The translations under genes were made by a program, and so were the position numbers. Positions 40,351 to 50,150 of a stretch of DNA of 64,000 nucleotides are shown in pieces (the first letter of the stretch is position 1; each line of letters starts with the position of its first letter). The stretch lies in contig JAJRCF010000011.1 in assembly GCA_028679075.1 (NCBI GenBank), positions 9,217 to 73,216 on the forward strand, given 5' to 3'. Under the pieces are notes generated by a model. That model was not told the origin of the DNA. It did no database searches and was given only the letters and a program-made list of their open reading frames with translations. Source of the DNA: Methanoregula sp. (GTDB lineage Archaea > Halobacteriota > Methanomicrobia > Methanomicrobiales > Methanospirillaceae).

Positions 40351-41780
40351 CCCTTGATCACCCCGACCGGTGTGAGCCGGGCCACGAGCCGCGAGATGCC
40401 GACGTCGTGGACAACCTGCACCACTTCATCGCTGGGCTTGTACACGTCCGGTGCCTCATCCGCGATCGCGTTCTCGTGGGGAGCCCGGACAATGATCCCT
40501 TCCTTTAACAGGTTCTCTGTGACCTCCTTTCCGCTCATCCGCTTCTTGGCCTGCGACCGGCTCATGATCCGGCCTGCCCCGTGGCAGGTGCTGCCAAACG
40601 TCCGCTCCATCGCCGTCTTCGTCCCGCGAAGGATATAGGACGAGGTTCCCATGCTGCCGGGAATGATTACCGGCTGGCCGATGGAAGACAGTTCGTGGGG
40701 AATATCCGCTGAGCCCGGCCCGAATGCCCGGGTGGCACCCTTGCGGTGGACACAGACCTTCATGGACTTCCCGTCAACAACATGGTCTTCGAATTTCGCT
40801 ACATTATGGGCAACGTCATAAACGAGGGGCATGTCCTCGTAATCGATCCTAAACATCCTGGAGAGGACCTGTCGTGTGGTGTGCGTGATCATCTGCCGGT
40901 TGGCCCAGGCATAATTTGCTGCCGCGGCCATTGCACTAAAATACTCCCTGCCTTCCGGTGACGTGAGCGGTGCGCAGGCAAGCTGACGGTCAGGAAGTTT
41001 GATCTGGTACTTTTTTGTTGCCGCTTCCAGGAGTTTCAAGTGATCCGTGCATACCTGGTGCCCGAGCCCCCGCGAACCGCAGTGGATCATGCAGCAGACC
41101 TGGCCTTCCCGGATCCCGAACGCCTCAGCGGCAACCGGATCGAAGATCTCGCGGACGACCTGTACTTCAAGGAAATGGTTGCCGGACCCCAGCGTGCCCC
41201 CCTGAGGTACACCGCGCTGCCGTGCCTTCACCGATACGGAACGGGTATCGGCCCCCTTCATGCAACCGCTCTCTTCGCACCGGACGAGATCTCGGGGAAC
41301 GCCATACCCGTTCTCCACGGCCCAGCGTGCTCCCGTTGTCATCATCGCATCGAGCGATTTGGGCGAGAGTTTTAAGGAACTTTTTGCCCCGACTCCGGTA
41401 GGAACTGCATGGAAGAGCTGGTCAACCAGGTCCCGCCTGCCGCTGACATCCTTAAATGAGAGCGGGGTTGTCATCAGCCGGACACCGCAGTTGATGTCAA
41501 ACCCCACGCCCCCGGGCGAGATGACCCCGTCTTCGAGCGAGAACGCGGCAACGCCCCCGATCGGAAACCCGTATCCCCAGTGAATATCCGGCATAGCGAG
41601 GGCATTTTTTATAATGCCCGGCATGGTTGCGACATTTGCGAGCTGCTGCAGTGCCCCGGGCTCAAGGCTCTGTCCCAGGGACTCCGAAAGAAAAAACCGT
41701 CCCGGGACCCGCATGCCGGGAATAAATCCCTCCGGCACCTCCCACTCGTTGGTATCGATCCGTTTTACGCCTTCAATCAT
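40347..41780 (-). CDS. rtcB: tRNA-splicing ligase RtcB
   Basis: MPDIHWGYGFPIGG, GFDINCG, GTLGSGNHFLE, HCGSRG, VHRKGAT, HGAGR and EAP-x2-YK. Confidence 0.97.
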   Translation of the reverse strand: MIEGVKRIDTNEWEVPEGFIPGMRVPGRFFLSESLGQSLEPGALQQLANVATMPGIIKNALAMPDIHWGYGFPIGGVAAFSLEDGVISPGGVGFDINCGVRLMTTPLSFKDVSGRRDLVDQLFHAVPTGVGAKSSLKLSPKSLDAMMTTGARWAVENGYGVPRDLVRCEESGCMKGADTRSVSVKARQRGVPQGGTLGSGNHFLEVQVVREIFDPVAAEAFGIREGQVCCMIHCGSRGLGHQVCTDHLKLLEAATKKYQIKLPDRQLACAPLTSPEGREYFSAMAAAANYAWANRQMITHTTRQVLSRMFRIDYEDMPLVYDVAHNVAKFEDHVVDGKSMKVCVHRKGATRAFGPGSADIPHELSSIGQPVIIPGSMGTSSYILRGTKTAMERTFGSTCHGAGRIMSRSQAKKRMSGKEVTENLLKEGIIVRAPHENAIADEAPDVYKPSDEVVQVVHDVGISRLVARLTPVGVIKG

Positions 41781-41801
41781 CTGCTCACCTGCCGGGGTTC
41801 T

Positions 41802-42209
41802 TCATACATCAAATATGATGTCCAGCATATATCCGTTCGTATCGCGGGTAACGGACATGCCGGAATAGGAGATCCCTTTCACTTCACTGCCACCGGCATG
41901 CCGTGACGGATCAAATGGTTCCCCGTCAAGCACCGCGTGCAGTTTACCCCCGGCGATCCGGATCTCTGCCCGGGAAAAGACCAGCCTGTCAACTTCGGAG
42001 ATAAAAAGTATTTCTGAAAGGAAGTCGGCAAGAAGTGCCTCGTTGTCGGAAGATTCAACATCGATCTCTTTTGAGGTCCCGCCCCTGCGGTCTTTCCCGT
42101 ACATCACCTGCATCAGCGCATCGAATGCATCGGAAAACAGGGCTTCAAGGGTTTGGGCGCGTGCCCGGATCTTTACATCTGCCGTATGGGGCAGCTCGGT
42201 AAAACTCAT
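41802..42209 (-). CDS. Archease
   Basis: ELPHTAD at the N-terminus, EVKGISY and IIFDV at the C-terminus; adjacent to rtcB. Confidence 0.93.
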   Translation of the reverse strand: MSFTELPHTADVKIRARAQTLEALFSDAFDALMQVMYGKDRRGGTSKEIDVESSDNEALLADFLSEILFISEVDRLVFSRAEIRIAGGKLHAVLDGEPFDPSRHAGGSEVKGISYSGMSVTRDTNGYMLDIIFDV

Positions 42210-42496
42210 TCGCGGTCGTACCCGTTCGGCTCGTTCTCATCAAAAAACGGGATCATATCCATCTGGAGCGAATGGAGAAACCGGGCCTGGTGAATGGAAA
42301 TGTAAACGGTGTGGTTACCTGCTTTCATAAGAAGATCGGTTTTTTTCGGGGGCTTGATCCGGATGGGTAACAATATCGGACCGCCACAGGAAGTGCAGAC
42401 CCGGAAATCGCAGTCCCGTTTATTGATATAATCGATAACTTCCGGGTAAATGGTGACATCGCTTACATCTGCGCTGCCATGAGGATGAGTGTGCAT
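42206..42496 (-). CDS. Small conserved hypothetical protein with a CxxCGGP motif (HesB/IscA-like fold possible)
   Basis: FRVCTSCGGPILLP; translationally coupled to archease. Confidence 0.5.
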   Translation of the reverse strand: MHTHPHGSADVSDVTIYPEVIDYINKRDCDFRVCTSCGGPILLPIRIKPPKKTDLLMKAGNHTVYISIHQARFLHSLQMDMIPFFDENEPNGYDRE

Positions 42497-42563
42497 GATG
42501 CTACTATCATAGGAACGATGGAGTAAAAACCGTTATGGATCGGAATCCGGGACGCCTGATTTT

Positions 42564-42875
42564 TCAGGCAGTCCCGACAATCGCGGTCACAATGTCGACA
42601 TACTTTTCCTTGAGTTCGTAACTGTTCACGCCATCGGAACCCCGCGTTGAGCGGAGGATACCGATGCGGGAAGCAATGATACCAACCATCGAGGCAATCG
42701 CGTGAAAAGTAACGGTGAACTGTTTCTGCAGTTTTGCCACCAGTTCGGCGATTGTGATCGATTTCTTCTTTACAAAGAGCCTGAGAACTTCGCGCCGGAT
42801 ACCAGTCTTGTCGCGGGACAGGTATGACCGTAACCGGCCCTCAATGACTCTTTTGATCTCTGAAGGAGATCTCAT
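42564..42875 (-). CDS. DUF2551 family winged-helix protein
   Basis: RLRSYLSRDKTGIRR and SMVGIIASRIGIL. Start set at MRSPSEI. Confidence 0.75.
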   Translation of the reverse strand: MRSPSEIKRVIEGRLRSYLSRDKTGIRREVLRLFVKKKSITIAELVAKLQKQFTVTFHAIASMVGIIASRIGILRSTRGSDGVNSYELKEKYVDIVTAIVGTA

Positions 42876-43091
42876 AATTGTAGTCTCAAATGTCACTGTA
42901 TATATAATTTTTGATTTTGTGCGATTTAAAATCCCCAATCGCTGATTCGGGCATTTAAAGAAGGAACAAAAATTTTCTGCGCAATCCGGAAACCAGCCTT
43001 CCGCGCATGCCCGTTCACGGCGGTACCTGTCAGCCGGCACAGGCATACGTGTCTGATAACTATTTATTCGTACATTACAGATGAATACGAT

Positions 43092-43943
43092 ATGGGATTA
43101 TTCAATTATAATATCGAGAAATACTCGCCACAACAGTTGGTAGTAATCCCGCTCGTGCTTCTTGTACTATCCCTGGCAGTTGTCGCCTTCTTCATGGCGA
43201 CAACGGGGATGCCGGTCACCCCCGGCCTTGATTTTTCGGGAGGCACTGCGGTAACCATCCGGACAACCGACAGCCATGATCAGCTGCGTGCTGTGTTTGC
43301 TGACTACCCGCTTGTGGAGATCAGCGACATGAACGATGCAAAATTCATAAAATTCGGCACCATGGATGATGCCACATCACGGTCACTGTCAGCACTGGTC
43401 AGCGAGAAGTATTCGGATGCAAGCATCAACCAGATCAGCGAAACATTCGGGAAATCCCTGCAGTACCAGGCCTTCATTGCCCTGATCTTTTCCTTCATCG
43501 GCATGGCAATCGTGGTCTTCCTCTCGTTTCGGACATTTGTCCCGTCCGTTGCAGTTGTTCTGTCAGCATTTGCCGACATGGTGATGACCGCTGCAGCGAT
43601 GAACCTTGGAGGTATCACCCTGACGCTCGGGACAACCGCAGCACTCCTTATGCTCATCGGTTATTCCGTGGACAGCGATATCCTGCTCACCAACCGTGTA
43701 CTGAAACGGCAGGGAAAGCTGAACGACAAGCTTACCGGCGCGTTCCATACCGGTATCATCATGACCTCGACCACCTTTGCCGCGATTTCGGTACTGTTCG
43801 TTGTCTCCTGGATCGGATCGATCCAGATCCTCATGGAAATTTCTGCCGTGCTCCTCATCGGTCTCGTCTTTGATGTCCTCAACACTTGGCTGACCAATGT
43901 CGGGATCCTCAAATGGTACGTCCTGAAGGGAGGTGGGAAATGA
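43092..43943 (+). CDS. secF: Preprotein translocase subunit SecF
   Basis: GLDFSGG, IGYSVDSDILL and multiple TM helices. Confidence 0.95.
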   Translation: MGLFNYNIEKYSPQQLVVIPLVLLVLSLAVVAFFMATTGMPVTPGLDFSGGTAVTIRTTDSHDQLRAVFADYPLVEISDMNDAKFIKFGTMDDATSRSLSALVSEKYSDASINQISETFGKSLQYQAFIALIFSFIGMAIVVFLSFRTFVPSVAVVLSAFADMVMTAAAMNLGGITLTLGTTAALLMLIGYSVDSDILLTNRVLKRQGKLNDKLTGAFHTGIIMTSTTFAAISVLFVVSWIGSIQILMEISAVLLIGLVFDVLNTWLTNVGILKWYVLKGGGK

Positions 43944-45397
43944 ACGCAAAGGAGATAAAAACCATCGTCTCTGACTGGAGAGTTGCCATCCTGATCATCC
44001 TCATCATCGGGTCCCTTATTGCCATATACCCCCACTACGATGAGAACGGCAACCTTGCCTCCAACCTGCAGTACGGCCTTGACCTCCAGCAGGGCGCATG
44101 GATCCAGCTGGAACTCCGCGCCGAAGTGGTTGGCTTTACCACAGACCGTCCTCTCAACGACTTTGTCGGCAACCTCTCCAAGAGCCTGGATGCCGATATT
44201 GAGTTGATCGATGCCAACCACATTGAGATCCGGAAATATTTCACCAAGGAAGAACTTGAGGCAAAGTTCAGTGAACAGGGTGGCACGCTCACCAGTTACC
44301 AGCAGGGTGTGTCCAAGGACTCCGCTGCCCATATCAAGACCATCCTTGAAAACAAGATCAACTCGATGGGCACCAAGGACGCGAAGGTCAACACGCTCGC
44401 AGGCCTGAACAATGTTGTCCGGTATGTCCGGATTGAGCTTGCCGGCGTTAACATGAACGAAGCCCAGCAGATTGTTGGGAAACAGGGCAAGTTCGAGATC
44501 CGTGTGCAGACAACCGGCAACCAGTCGGAGCACGTGGTCTTCGGCGATAAGATCTCCAGTGTCCAGGTACCGGAAAAAGATCTCCAGTCCGGGTCATGGG
44601 GTGTTCAGTTCACCCTGAACGAGGCCGGGGCGGCCGAATTCCAGAATGCCGCGATCAAGACCGGTGCAACTGACGACCCCGACAACCACGAGCTGATGAT
44701 GATCCTCGATAACGTGACCGTCTACTCAGCGCCCCTGAACGATCGTCTCGCCACGTCGCTCAAGACCGAACAGGTCCGGCAGATGATTGCATCGACCGGT
44801 ACCGGGACGAGCGGGGCAACTGCGGCAACAAACCTCGAGATCCACTTAAGGGCCGGGGCATTGCCGGTTGATGTCAGTATCGCAGGATCCGGTTCAACAT
44901 CCGCACCCCTCGGGGAGCGGTACAAGGCAATGGTCCTCCTTGCCGGTGTGCTTGCACTTCTCATGGTCGGATGTGTCATTTACTACCGCTACCGGGAGTC
45001 AAGTATTGTCCTGCCGATGGTACTGATCAATGCCTCGGAAGTGCTCATCCTGCTCGGGTTCATCGCAGCGATCAAGTTCCAGCTGGACCTGCCGACCATT
45101 GCGGGTCTGATTGCAGTCCTCGGAACAGGTATCGACCAGCTCGTGATCATCACGGATGAGATCCTGCACGAGGGAAAGGTCCCGTCCCCGAACCTCTATC
45201 TCAAGCGGCTCGCCCGGGCTCTCGCCATTATCGTTGCAGCAGCTGCAACCGTGGTCATTGCGATGGTCCCGCTGGTCTTAATGGACCTCTCGACCCTCAA
45301 GGGTTTTGCCATCATCACGATCCTCGGTGTGCTGGTCGGCGTAATCATCACCCGTCCGGCATATGGCAGGATCATCATGGCGATCCTCTCCAAGTAA
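43940..45397 (+). CDS. secD: Preprotein translocase subunit SecD
   Basis: YGLDLQQG, LRAGALP and GTGIDQLVIITDE; ATGA overlap with secF. Confidence 0.95.
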   Translation: MNAKEIKTIVSDWRVAILIILIIGSLIAIYPHYDENGNLASNLQYGLDLQQGAWIQLELRAEVVGFTTDRPLNDFVGNLSKSLDADIELIDANHIEIRKYFTKEELEAKFSEQGGTLTSYQQGVSKDSAAHIKTILENKINSMGTKDAKVNTLAGLNNVVRYVRIELAGVNMNEAQQIVGKQGKFEIRVQTTGNQSEHVVFGDKISSVQVPEKDLQSGSWGVQFTLNEAGAAEFQNAAIKTGATDDPDNHELMMILDNVTVYSAPLNDRLATSLKTEQVRQMIASTGTGTSGATAATNLEIHLRAGALPVDVSIAGSGSTSAPLGERYKAMVLLAGVLALLMVGCVIYYRYRESSIVLPMVLINASEVLILLGFIAAIKFQLDLPTIAGLIAVLGTGIDQLVIITDEILHEGKVPSPNLYLKRLARALAIIVAAAATVVIAMVPLVLMDLSTLKGFAIITILGVLVGVIITRPAYGRIIMAILSK

Positions 45398-45450
45398 CAA
45401 TACCATAGATTTATCTTTTTTTCTTCCACAACTCTTCCGGGTACGTTCGA

Positions 45451-45723
45451 ATGAGCAAACCGGTATTGTTTGATTTTTTTGCCACTTGGTGCGGTCCGTG
45501 CAAGCTGCAGACCCCCATATTAGAGGAACTGGCAAAAAAGATGGGCGACTCCGTTGAGATACGGAAGATCGACGTGGACCAGCATATGGATCTCGCCGAA
45601 AAGTACGGCATCCGCGTCGTGCCGACCCTGATTATTGAAAAAGACGGAAAGACTGTCCAGTCCCTTGAAGGCGTCACGGATGCGGCCACGCTTGAAACGA
45701 TCTTAAAACCGCTGGTGGGATAA
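45451..45723 (+). CDS. trx: Thioredoxin
   Basis: DFFATWCGPCK and YGIRVVPT. Confidence 0.95.
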   Translation: MSKPVLFDFFATWCGPCKLQTPILEELAKKMGDSVEIRKIDVDQHMDLAEKYGIRVVPTLIIEKDGKTVQSLEGVTDAATLETILKPLVG

Positions 45724-46374
45724 GTGAAGATCGGCATCGTCGGAGGGACCGGGGATATCGGCGAGGGGATGGCGATGCGCCTCTCCGCATATTACGATGT
45801 GATCGTCGGCTCACGGGAGCAGGACAAGGCTGAAGCGACCTGCACGATGGGACGCATGGAAGTCACCAAACGCGGAAAGCCCTGCTCGCTCACGGGAGTT
45901 ACCAACCAGGAGGCAATCGATGCAGCGGACGTGATCATCATTGCGATCCCGTTCAAACACGCGGCCTCGACCCTTGCAACCCTCCACGGTTTTGAGAATA
46001 AGATCGTGGTAAGCCCGGTCAACCCGATGGAGAAGACCGATCACTTTGTCTTTGTGCCTCCAAAAGAAGGGTCTGCGGCTCTTATGATCCGGAAGATCCT
46101 GCCAAAGGAAGCCCGGATCTGCTCGGCGTTCAACACGATTGCCGCAAACAAGTGGAAAGCCCTTGACGAGGAGCTTGATTACTCCGTCCCGGTCTGCAGC
46201 GATGATGCCGAGGCAAAGAGGATCGTCATGGAGATTGTGAACAGGGTCTCCCGGTTCAAAGCCTTTGATGCCGGCCCGCTTGCATCCTCCTGTATGGTGG
46301 AATCGTTAACCCCGCTCCTGCTCAATATCGCGCGATACAACAAGATGAGGGATGTCGGCATCAGATTCATTTAA
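45724..46374 (+). CDS. npdG: F420H2:NADP+ oxidoreductase
   Basis: KIGIVGGTGDIGEGMA, GSRE, VSPVNP, SAFNT and DAGPL-x5-VESLTPLL. Confidence 0.92.
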   Translation: MKIGIVGGTGDIGEGMAMRLSAYYDVIVGSREQDKAEATCTMGRMEVTKRGKPCSLTGVTNQEAIDAADVIIIAIPFKHAASTLATLHGFENKIVVSPVNPMEKTDHFVFVPPKEGSAALMIRKILPKEARICSAFNTIAANKWKALDEELDYSVPVCSDDAEAKRIVMEIVNRVSRFKAFDAGPLASSCMVESLTPLLLNIARYNKMRDVGIRFI

Positions 46375-46987
46375 AGTGCGGAAGATCATCCGGGCCCTGA
46401 AGAAAAAATACGGGAAGATCCCGTGGTGGCCCGGCGACTGCGACGAGGTGATGATCGGTGCGATCCTCACCCAGCAGACCCGGTGGGAGAACGTTGAGCG
46501 GGCACTTGACGAACTTCGCCGGCGTGATCTCTGTTCCCTGTCCGCGATCCGGATCGCGGATCCATCGGCAATTGAGGAGGCGATCCGGTGCACCGGTTTT
46601 TACCGGATCAAGGCCGGGAGGCTCAAAGCCCTTGCGGCATTTGTCGAGGAGACCTGCGGGGGCGTCCAACAGATGGAAAAAATTCCAACCCGGACGCTCA
46701 GGCAAGGCCTGCTGGGTGTCCATGGAATCGGTGAGGAGACCGCTGACAGCATTCTCTGTTACGGGTTCTCGCGCCCGAGTTTTGTGATTGATGCATACAC
46801 AGACCGGATGGTACGGTGCGCCGGCGTGACCGAGCCGCGCAACCGGTTGAAAGACCTGTTCGAGAGCGTGCTGCCAAAAAATAATGAGGCCTGCCGCCAG
46901 ACCCATGCACATATCGTGGAGTATGCAAAAGAGTTCTGTGGCAGGAAGAGGTGCGATGCATGTATACTCGTGAATTCGAACGAATAG
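46352..46987 (+). CDS. HhH-GPD (endonuclease III-like) DNA glycosylase
   Basis: GAILTQQTRW, LLGVHGIGEETADSIL, FVIDAYT and a C-terminal Cys cluster. Confidence 0.9.
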   Translation: MSASDSFKVRKIIRALKKKYGKIPWWPGDCDEVMIGAILTQQTRWENVERALDELRRRDLCSLSAIRIADPSAIEEAIRCTGFYRIKAGRLKALAAFVEETCGGVQQMEKIPTRTLRQGLLGVHGIGEETADSILCYGFSRPSFVIDAYTDRMVRCAGVTEPRNRLKDLFESVLPKNNEACRQTHAHIVEYAKEFCGRKRCDACILVNSNE

Positions 46988-47502
46988 GAAAACGGCTCTT
47001 TGCCGAGCATCTCGTGGGGGGCAACTTCGGCAACATGAGTGTCCGCGAAGGCAGCAAAGGTTTCCAGATCAAACAGACCGGTGATTATCTCGATACCGTA
47101 AGCGGCCTCGTCTTTGTCCCGTTTGAGGGGGCCGTCCCGAAGAATGCGTCCAGCGAATACCGCGTCCATCTCGCGGTGTACAAGAATTCCCCGCATGCGG
47201 CAATCGTCCACGCACACCCGCAGGCTGCGATTGCTGCCTCGCTGGTTGTTGATACCATAATTCCGGAAGACAGCGAAGGGAAGATGTTCTGCCCGGAGAT
47301 CCCGGTTGTTGGTGGTGCACCGGGCTCGCAGGAGATTGCCGACAATGTTGCAGCAATACTATCGAAATCGAAGCTGGTGGTCGTGCGGGGCCATGGCACC
47401 TTTGCCGCGGGAAAAAATCTTGACGAGGCGTACCAGTTCACATCGCTTGCCGAGCATTCGTGCCGGGTGCTTGCACTGAAAAAGAATTTCCTGCCCGGAT
47501 AA
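46960..47502 (+). CDS. Class II aldolase/adducin family (fuculose-1-P aldolase-like)
   Basis: GNMSVR, SSEYRVH, IVHAHP and RGHGTF. Confidence 0.88.
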   Translation: MYTREFERIGKRLFAEHLVGGNFGNMSVREGSKGFQIKQTGDYLDTVSGLVFVPFEGAVPKNASSEYRVHLAVYKNSPHAAIVHAHPQAAIAASLVVDTIIPEDSEGKMFCPEIPVVGGAPGSQEIADNVAAILSKSKLVVVRGHGTFAAGKNLDEAYQFTSLAEHSCRVLALKKNFLPG

Positions 47503-47574
47503 TTTTTAAGAGATCCACTTTTTTCGGACCCGGCGCATCCACGCGACTAGGCCCCGCTGCAAATTTAAAAAAAA

Positions 47575-48507
47575 TTACTTGGGTGGCCGTGGTGGCTGCT
47601 GGAGCTGGATCTCCCGGATAATTTCCCGGTGGAAGACGAGCAGCATGTCACTGATCATGCCGAACATGAAGATCTCGATACCCACGACGATCAGCAGCAC
47701 GGTGAGGATCGTGAGCGGGATATGCTCGATGTGGCCTGCGGGATTGAACCATTCCAGCGTGACATAGATTCCGACGAGAAACCCGAGCAGGGTGGTGAAA
47801 ATACCCATCATACCAAAATAGAACATCGGGTTGTTGACACGGGCAAGCCGGTAGATGGTGCTGACAATTTTAATTCCATCATGGAACGGGGATAACTTTG
47901 TTGCGGTCCCGGGCCTGCGTAAATACCTGATGGGGACAACCATGACCCGCTGGCCGTTCCGTACGGATTCAACAGAGATCTCGGTCTCGATCTCGAAGCC
48001 TTTCTCTCTTAAGTGCATCTGCTGGATTGCAAGCTTGGTGAAAGCCCTGTACCCGGAAAGGATATCGTGCAGGTCCCTGCTGTGGGCAATCTTGAAGAGC
48101 ATGTTGAGCATGTGGTTGCCAAAGAGGTTCAGCCGGGAGAACGATCCCTCTTCGGCATTGACGAGCCGGTCACCGATTACCTGGTCGAACCCCAGGAACA
48201 GGGGAGTCAGCATCTTCTCAGCATCTTTTGCAGAATAGGTGCCATCCCCGTCAAGCATGAGGATGTACGGCTGCTCGATCACCTCAAATGCCTCGATGAT
48301 CGCATTCCCTTTCCCTTTGCCGGACTGCGTCCGGACATTGGCACCGGCCTCGCGGGCGATCTTCACGCTGTTGTCCGTGCTCTTGCCGTCAACGACAAGG
48401 ATGTGGTTATAGCCGAGGGCCTTGAACTCCCTGACTACCCCGCCGATTGTCGGCCCCTCGTTCAGCGTGGGGATTAAGATGCAGACCTCATCTTTGTTGA
48501 ATTTCAT
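47575..48507 (-). CDS. aglJ: Dolichol-phosphate glycosyltransferase AglJ (S-layer N-glycosylation)
   Basis: LIPTLNE, VDGKSTD, MLDGDGTY, DILSGYR and GFEIETE, plus two C-terminal TM helices. Confidence 0.85.
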   Translation of the reverse strand: MKFNKDEVCILIPTLNEGPTIGGVVREFKALGYNHILVVDGKSTDNSVKIAREAGANVRTQSGKGKGNAIIEAFEVIEQPYILMLDGDGTYSAKDAEKMLTPLFLGFDQVIGDRLVNAEEGSFSRLNLFGNHMLNMLFKIAHSRDLHDILSGYRAFTKLAIQQMHLREKGFEIETEISVESVRNGQRVMVVPIRYLRRPGTATKLSPFHDGIKIVSTIYRLARVNNPMFYFGMMGIFTTLLGFLVGIYVTLEWFNPAGHIEHIPLTILTVLLIVVGIEIFMFGMISDMLLVFHREIIREIQLQQPPRPPK

Positions 48508-48545
48508 TGGTATAGTATTTTTAATCGGTTGTCATAAGGTCTTCT

Positions 48546-49121
48546 ATGCATCTGCCCAAAAAAGGGCTGCGCGCACTCGGCATTGCGGAGAGCTATACCG
48601 GCAGGACGCGCTCGACCCTTGCCGGGGTCGTGATGAGAAAGGACCTTCGCATCGATGGTTTCTCGTTTGCATCGGTCACGGTTGGCGGGATGGATGCAAC
48701 GGATCGTATCATCCACATGATCCATGACCTGCAGCGCAGGGACATCAACGTCATCCTGCTCTCCGGCTGTGTGATTGCATGGTTCAATGTGATCGATCCT
48801 TCACGCATAGAGAAGGAGTCCGGCATTCCGGTCATCTGCGTCACGTACGAGGATTCCGATGGACTCAGTGAGGATATCCGCCACCATTTCCCGGATGATC
48901 CCGGCCGTATTGCCGCATACAATAAGCTGGGGGAACGCACTCCCGCCCGGCTGCACACCGGCCAGACAATCTTCATCCGTTCCTTTGGACTTTCTGACAA
49001 TGACGCAGCACGTTTTTGCGATGATTTCACCCTTGACGGCAAGGTCCCCGAACCCCTGCGTGTGGCCCGGCTCTGTGCCCGGAACCTGCCGGAACTGCCT
49101 CACCCTCCGGGCAGACCATGA
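48546..49121 (+). CDS. DUF99 family (endonuclease V/dU-like)
   Basis: RALGIAES, VGGMDAT, GCVIAWFNVID and KVPEPLRVA. Confidence 0.85.
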   Translation: MHLPKKGLRALGIAESYTGRTRSTLAGVVMRKDLRIDGFSFASVTVGGMDATDRIIHMIHDLQRRDINVILLSGCVIAWFNVIDPSRIEKESGIPVICVTYEDSDGLSEDIRHHFPDDPGRIAAYNKLGERTPARLHTGQTIFIRSFGLSDNDAARFCDDFTLDGKVPEPLRVARLCARNLPELPHPPGRP

Positions 49122-49216
49122 CCCGGTGTGGAGGTTGCCCGGAAGGGTGATTTCATATCAATGCAGGAAAAAGTGGTAGATGTATTTATGTCCGGAATGT
49201 ATGGAGTTAATTTACC

Positions 49217-49408
49217 ATGACACAGGCTGTGAAACTCGCACGATGGGTTTGTCTTGAATGCCATTACATCTACGACCCGGCAAAAGGCGATCCGAAAAAT
49301 GGCATCCCGCCCGGTACCGCATTCGAGGACATTCCCGATACCTGGCGCTGCCCGGAATGCAAGATCCTCAAAGCGAAGAAAGGCGTGTTCAGGCGCCTTG
49401 ACGACTGA
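49217..49408 (+). CDS. Rubredoxin
   Basis: [10 protein letters not shown] and [16 protein letters not shown]. Confidence 0.95.
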   Translation: MTQAVKLARWVCLECHYIYDPAKGDPKNGIPPGTAFEDIPDTWRCPECKILKAKKGVFRRLDD

Positions 49409-49973
49409 GATATAACTCCATCATTTTTTCCTGGTTACTCTCTTCTGCGTGAGGATAGGTATCGCGCGAAATGATCTTTTTTGTTGTCGCATCGTAGATC
49501 TCGATGGTAACGCTGTCTCCGGGTTGAATTGTCCGGTCATTATAATCAATTGCCAGACGTTCTCCCGAAGTCCAGACCGCATTGCCTTTCGCCCGGGAGC
49601 CTTCTGCCCCCTCGCCCTCAAGAACCTGCACGCCATGGTGGTGAGTGTCCGCAGCCTGTTCATAGGCATTCAGCGTTGGGACCTCTGCCGGAATTTTCTT
49701 TCCGTTGACATAGGTGATGGCATACAGGTTCCAGTTCTGGTACCCGGTCTTTGCAGTGTTTTTCAGGGTTACCCGGCTTTCAAAGGTCATCCGCTCGTAT
49801 TGATCCGTATGCCGTATCTTGGTAATCTTGAAAATTGCGGGGACATCCGGTTCCTGCCAGAGGTGAGGCATCTGGGGAACCATGAGCAGCACGAGTGCTG
49901 CAAGAGCAATGGTGATCGCGAGCGTAAGAATAACGCCGATCACCACTGATGTTGCGCCATCCGGTATTTTCAT
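49389..49973 (-). CDS. Type IV pilin-like protein (class III signal peptide-like N-terminus)
   Basis: [28 protein letters not shown] resembles the archaeal pilin D-x-AVS-x-VIGVIL pattern. Start set at ATG 49973. Confidence 0.65.
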   Translation of the reverse strand: MKIPDGATSVVIGVILTLAITIALAALVLLMVPQMPHLWQEPDVPAIFKITKIRHTDQYERMTFESRVTLKNTAKTGYQNWNLYAITYVNGKKIPAEVPTLNAYEQAADTHHHGVQVLEGEGAEGSRAKGNAVWTSGERLAIDYNDRTIQPGDSVTIEIYDATTKKIISRDTYPHAEESNQEKMMELYLSRQGA

Positions 49974-50150
49974 CGATCGTGGAGACAATAAGAAAAAGTC
50001 AGCGTCAATTGATATAATATTTTTTAATTTATCCTGCAATCAAAATGTTAATAAATTTTATTTCCATCGCTATTTTGAATAGTAAATAATTATCCGGACC
50101 CGATTCGTTATTTTTCCCGGTTAACATAAATATCACATGCGCCAATCTCT

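Noticed and set aside
40347-42209. Functional clustering of rtcB/archease with the intron-containing tRNA-Met
   Set aside because: They are about 8 kb apart with unrelated operons between them, and rtcB-archease linkage is already well known.
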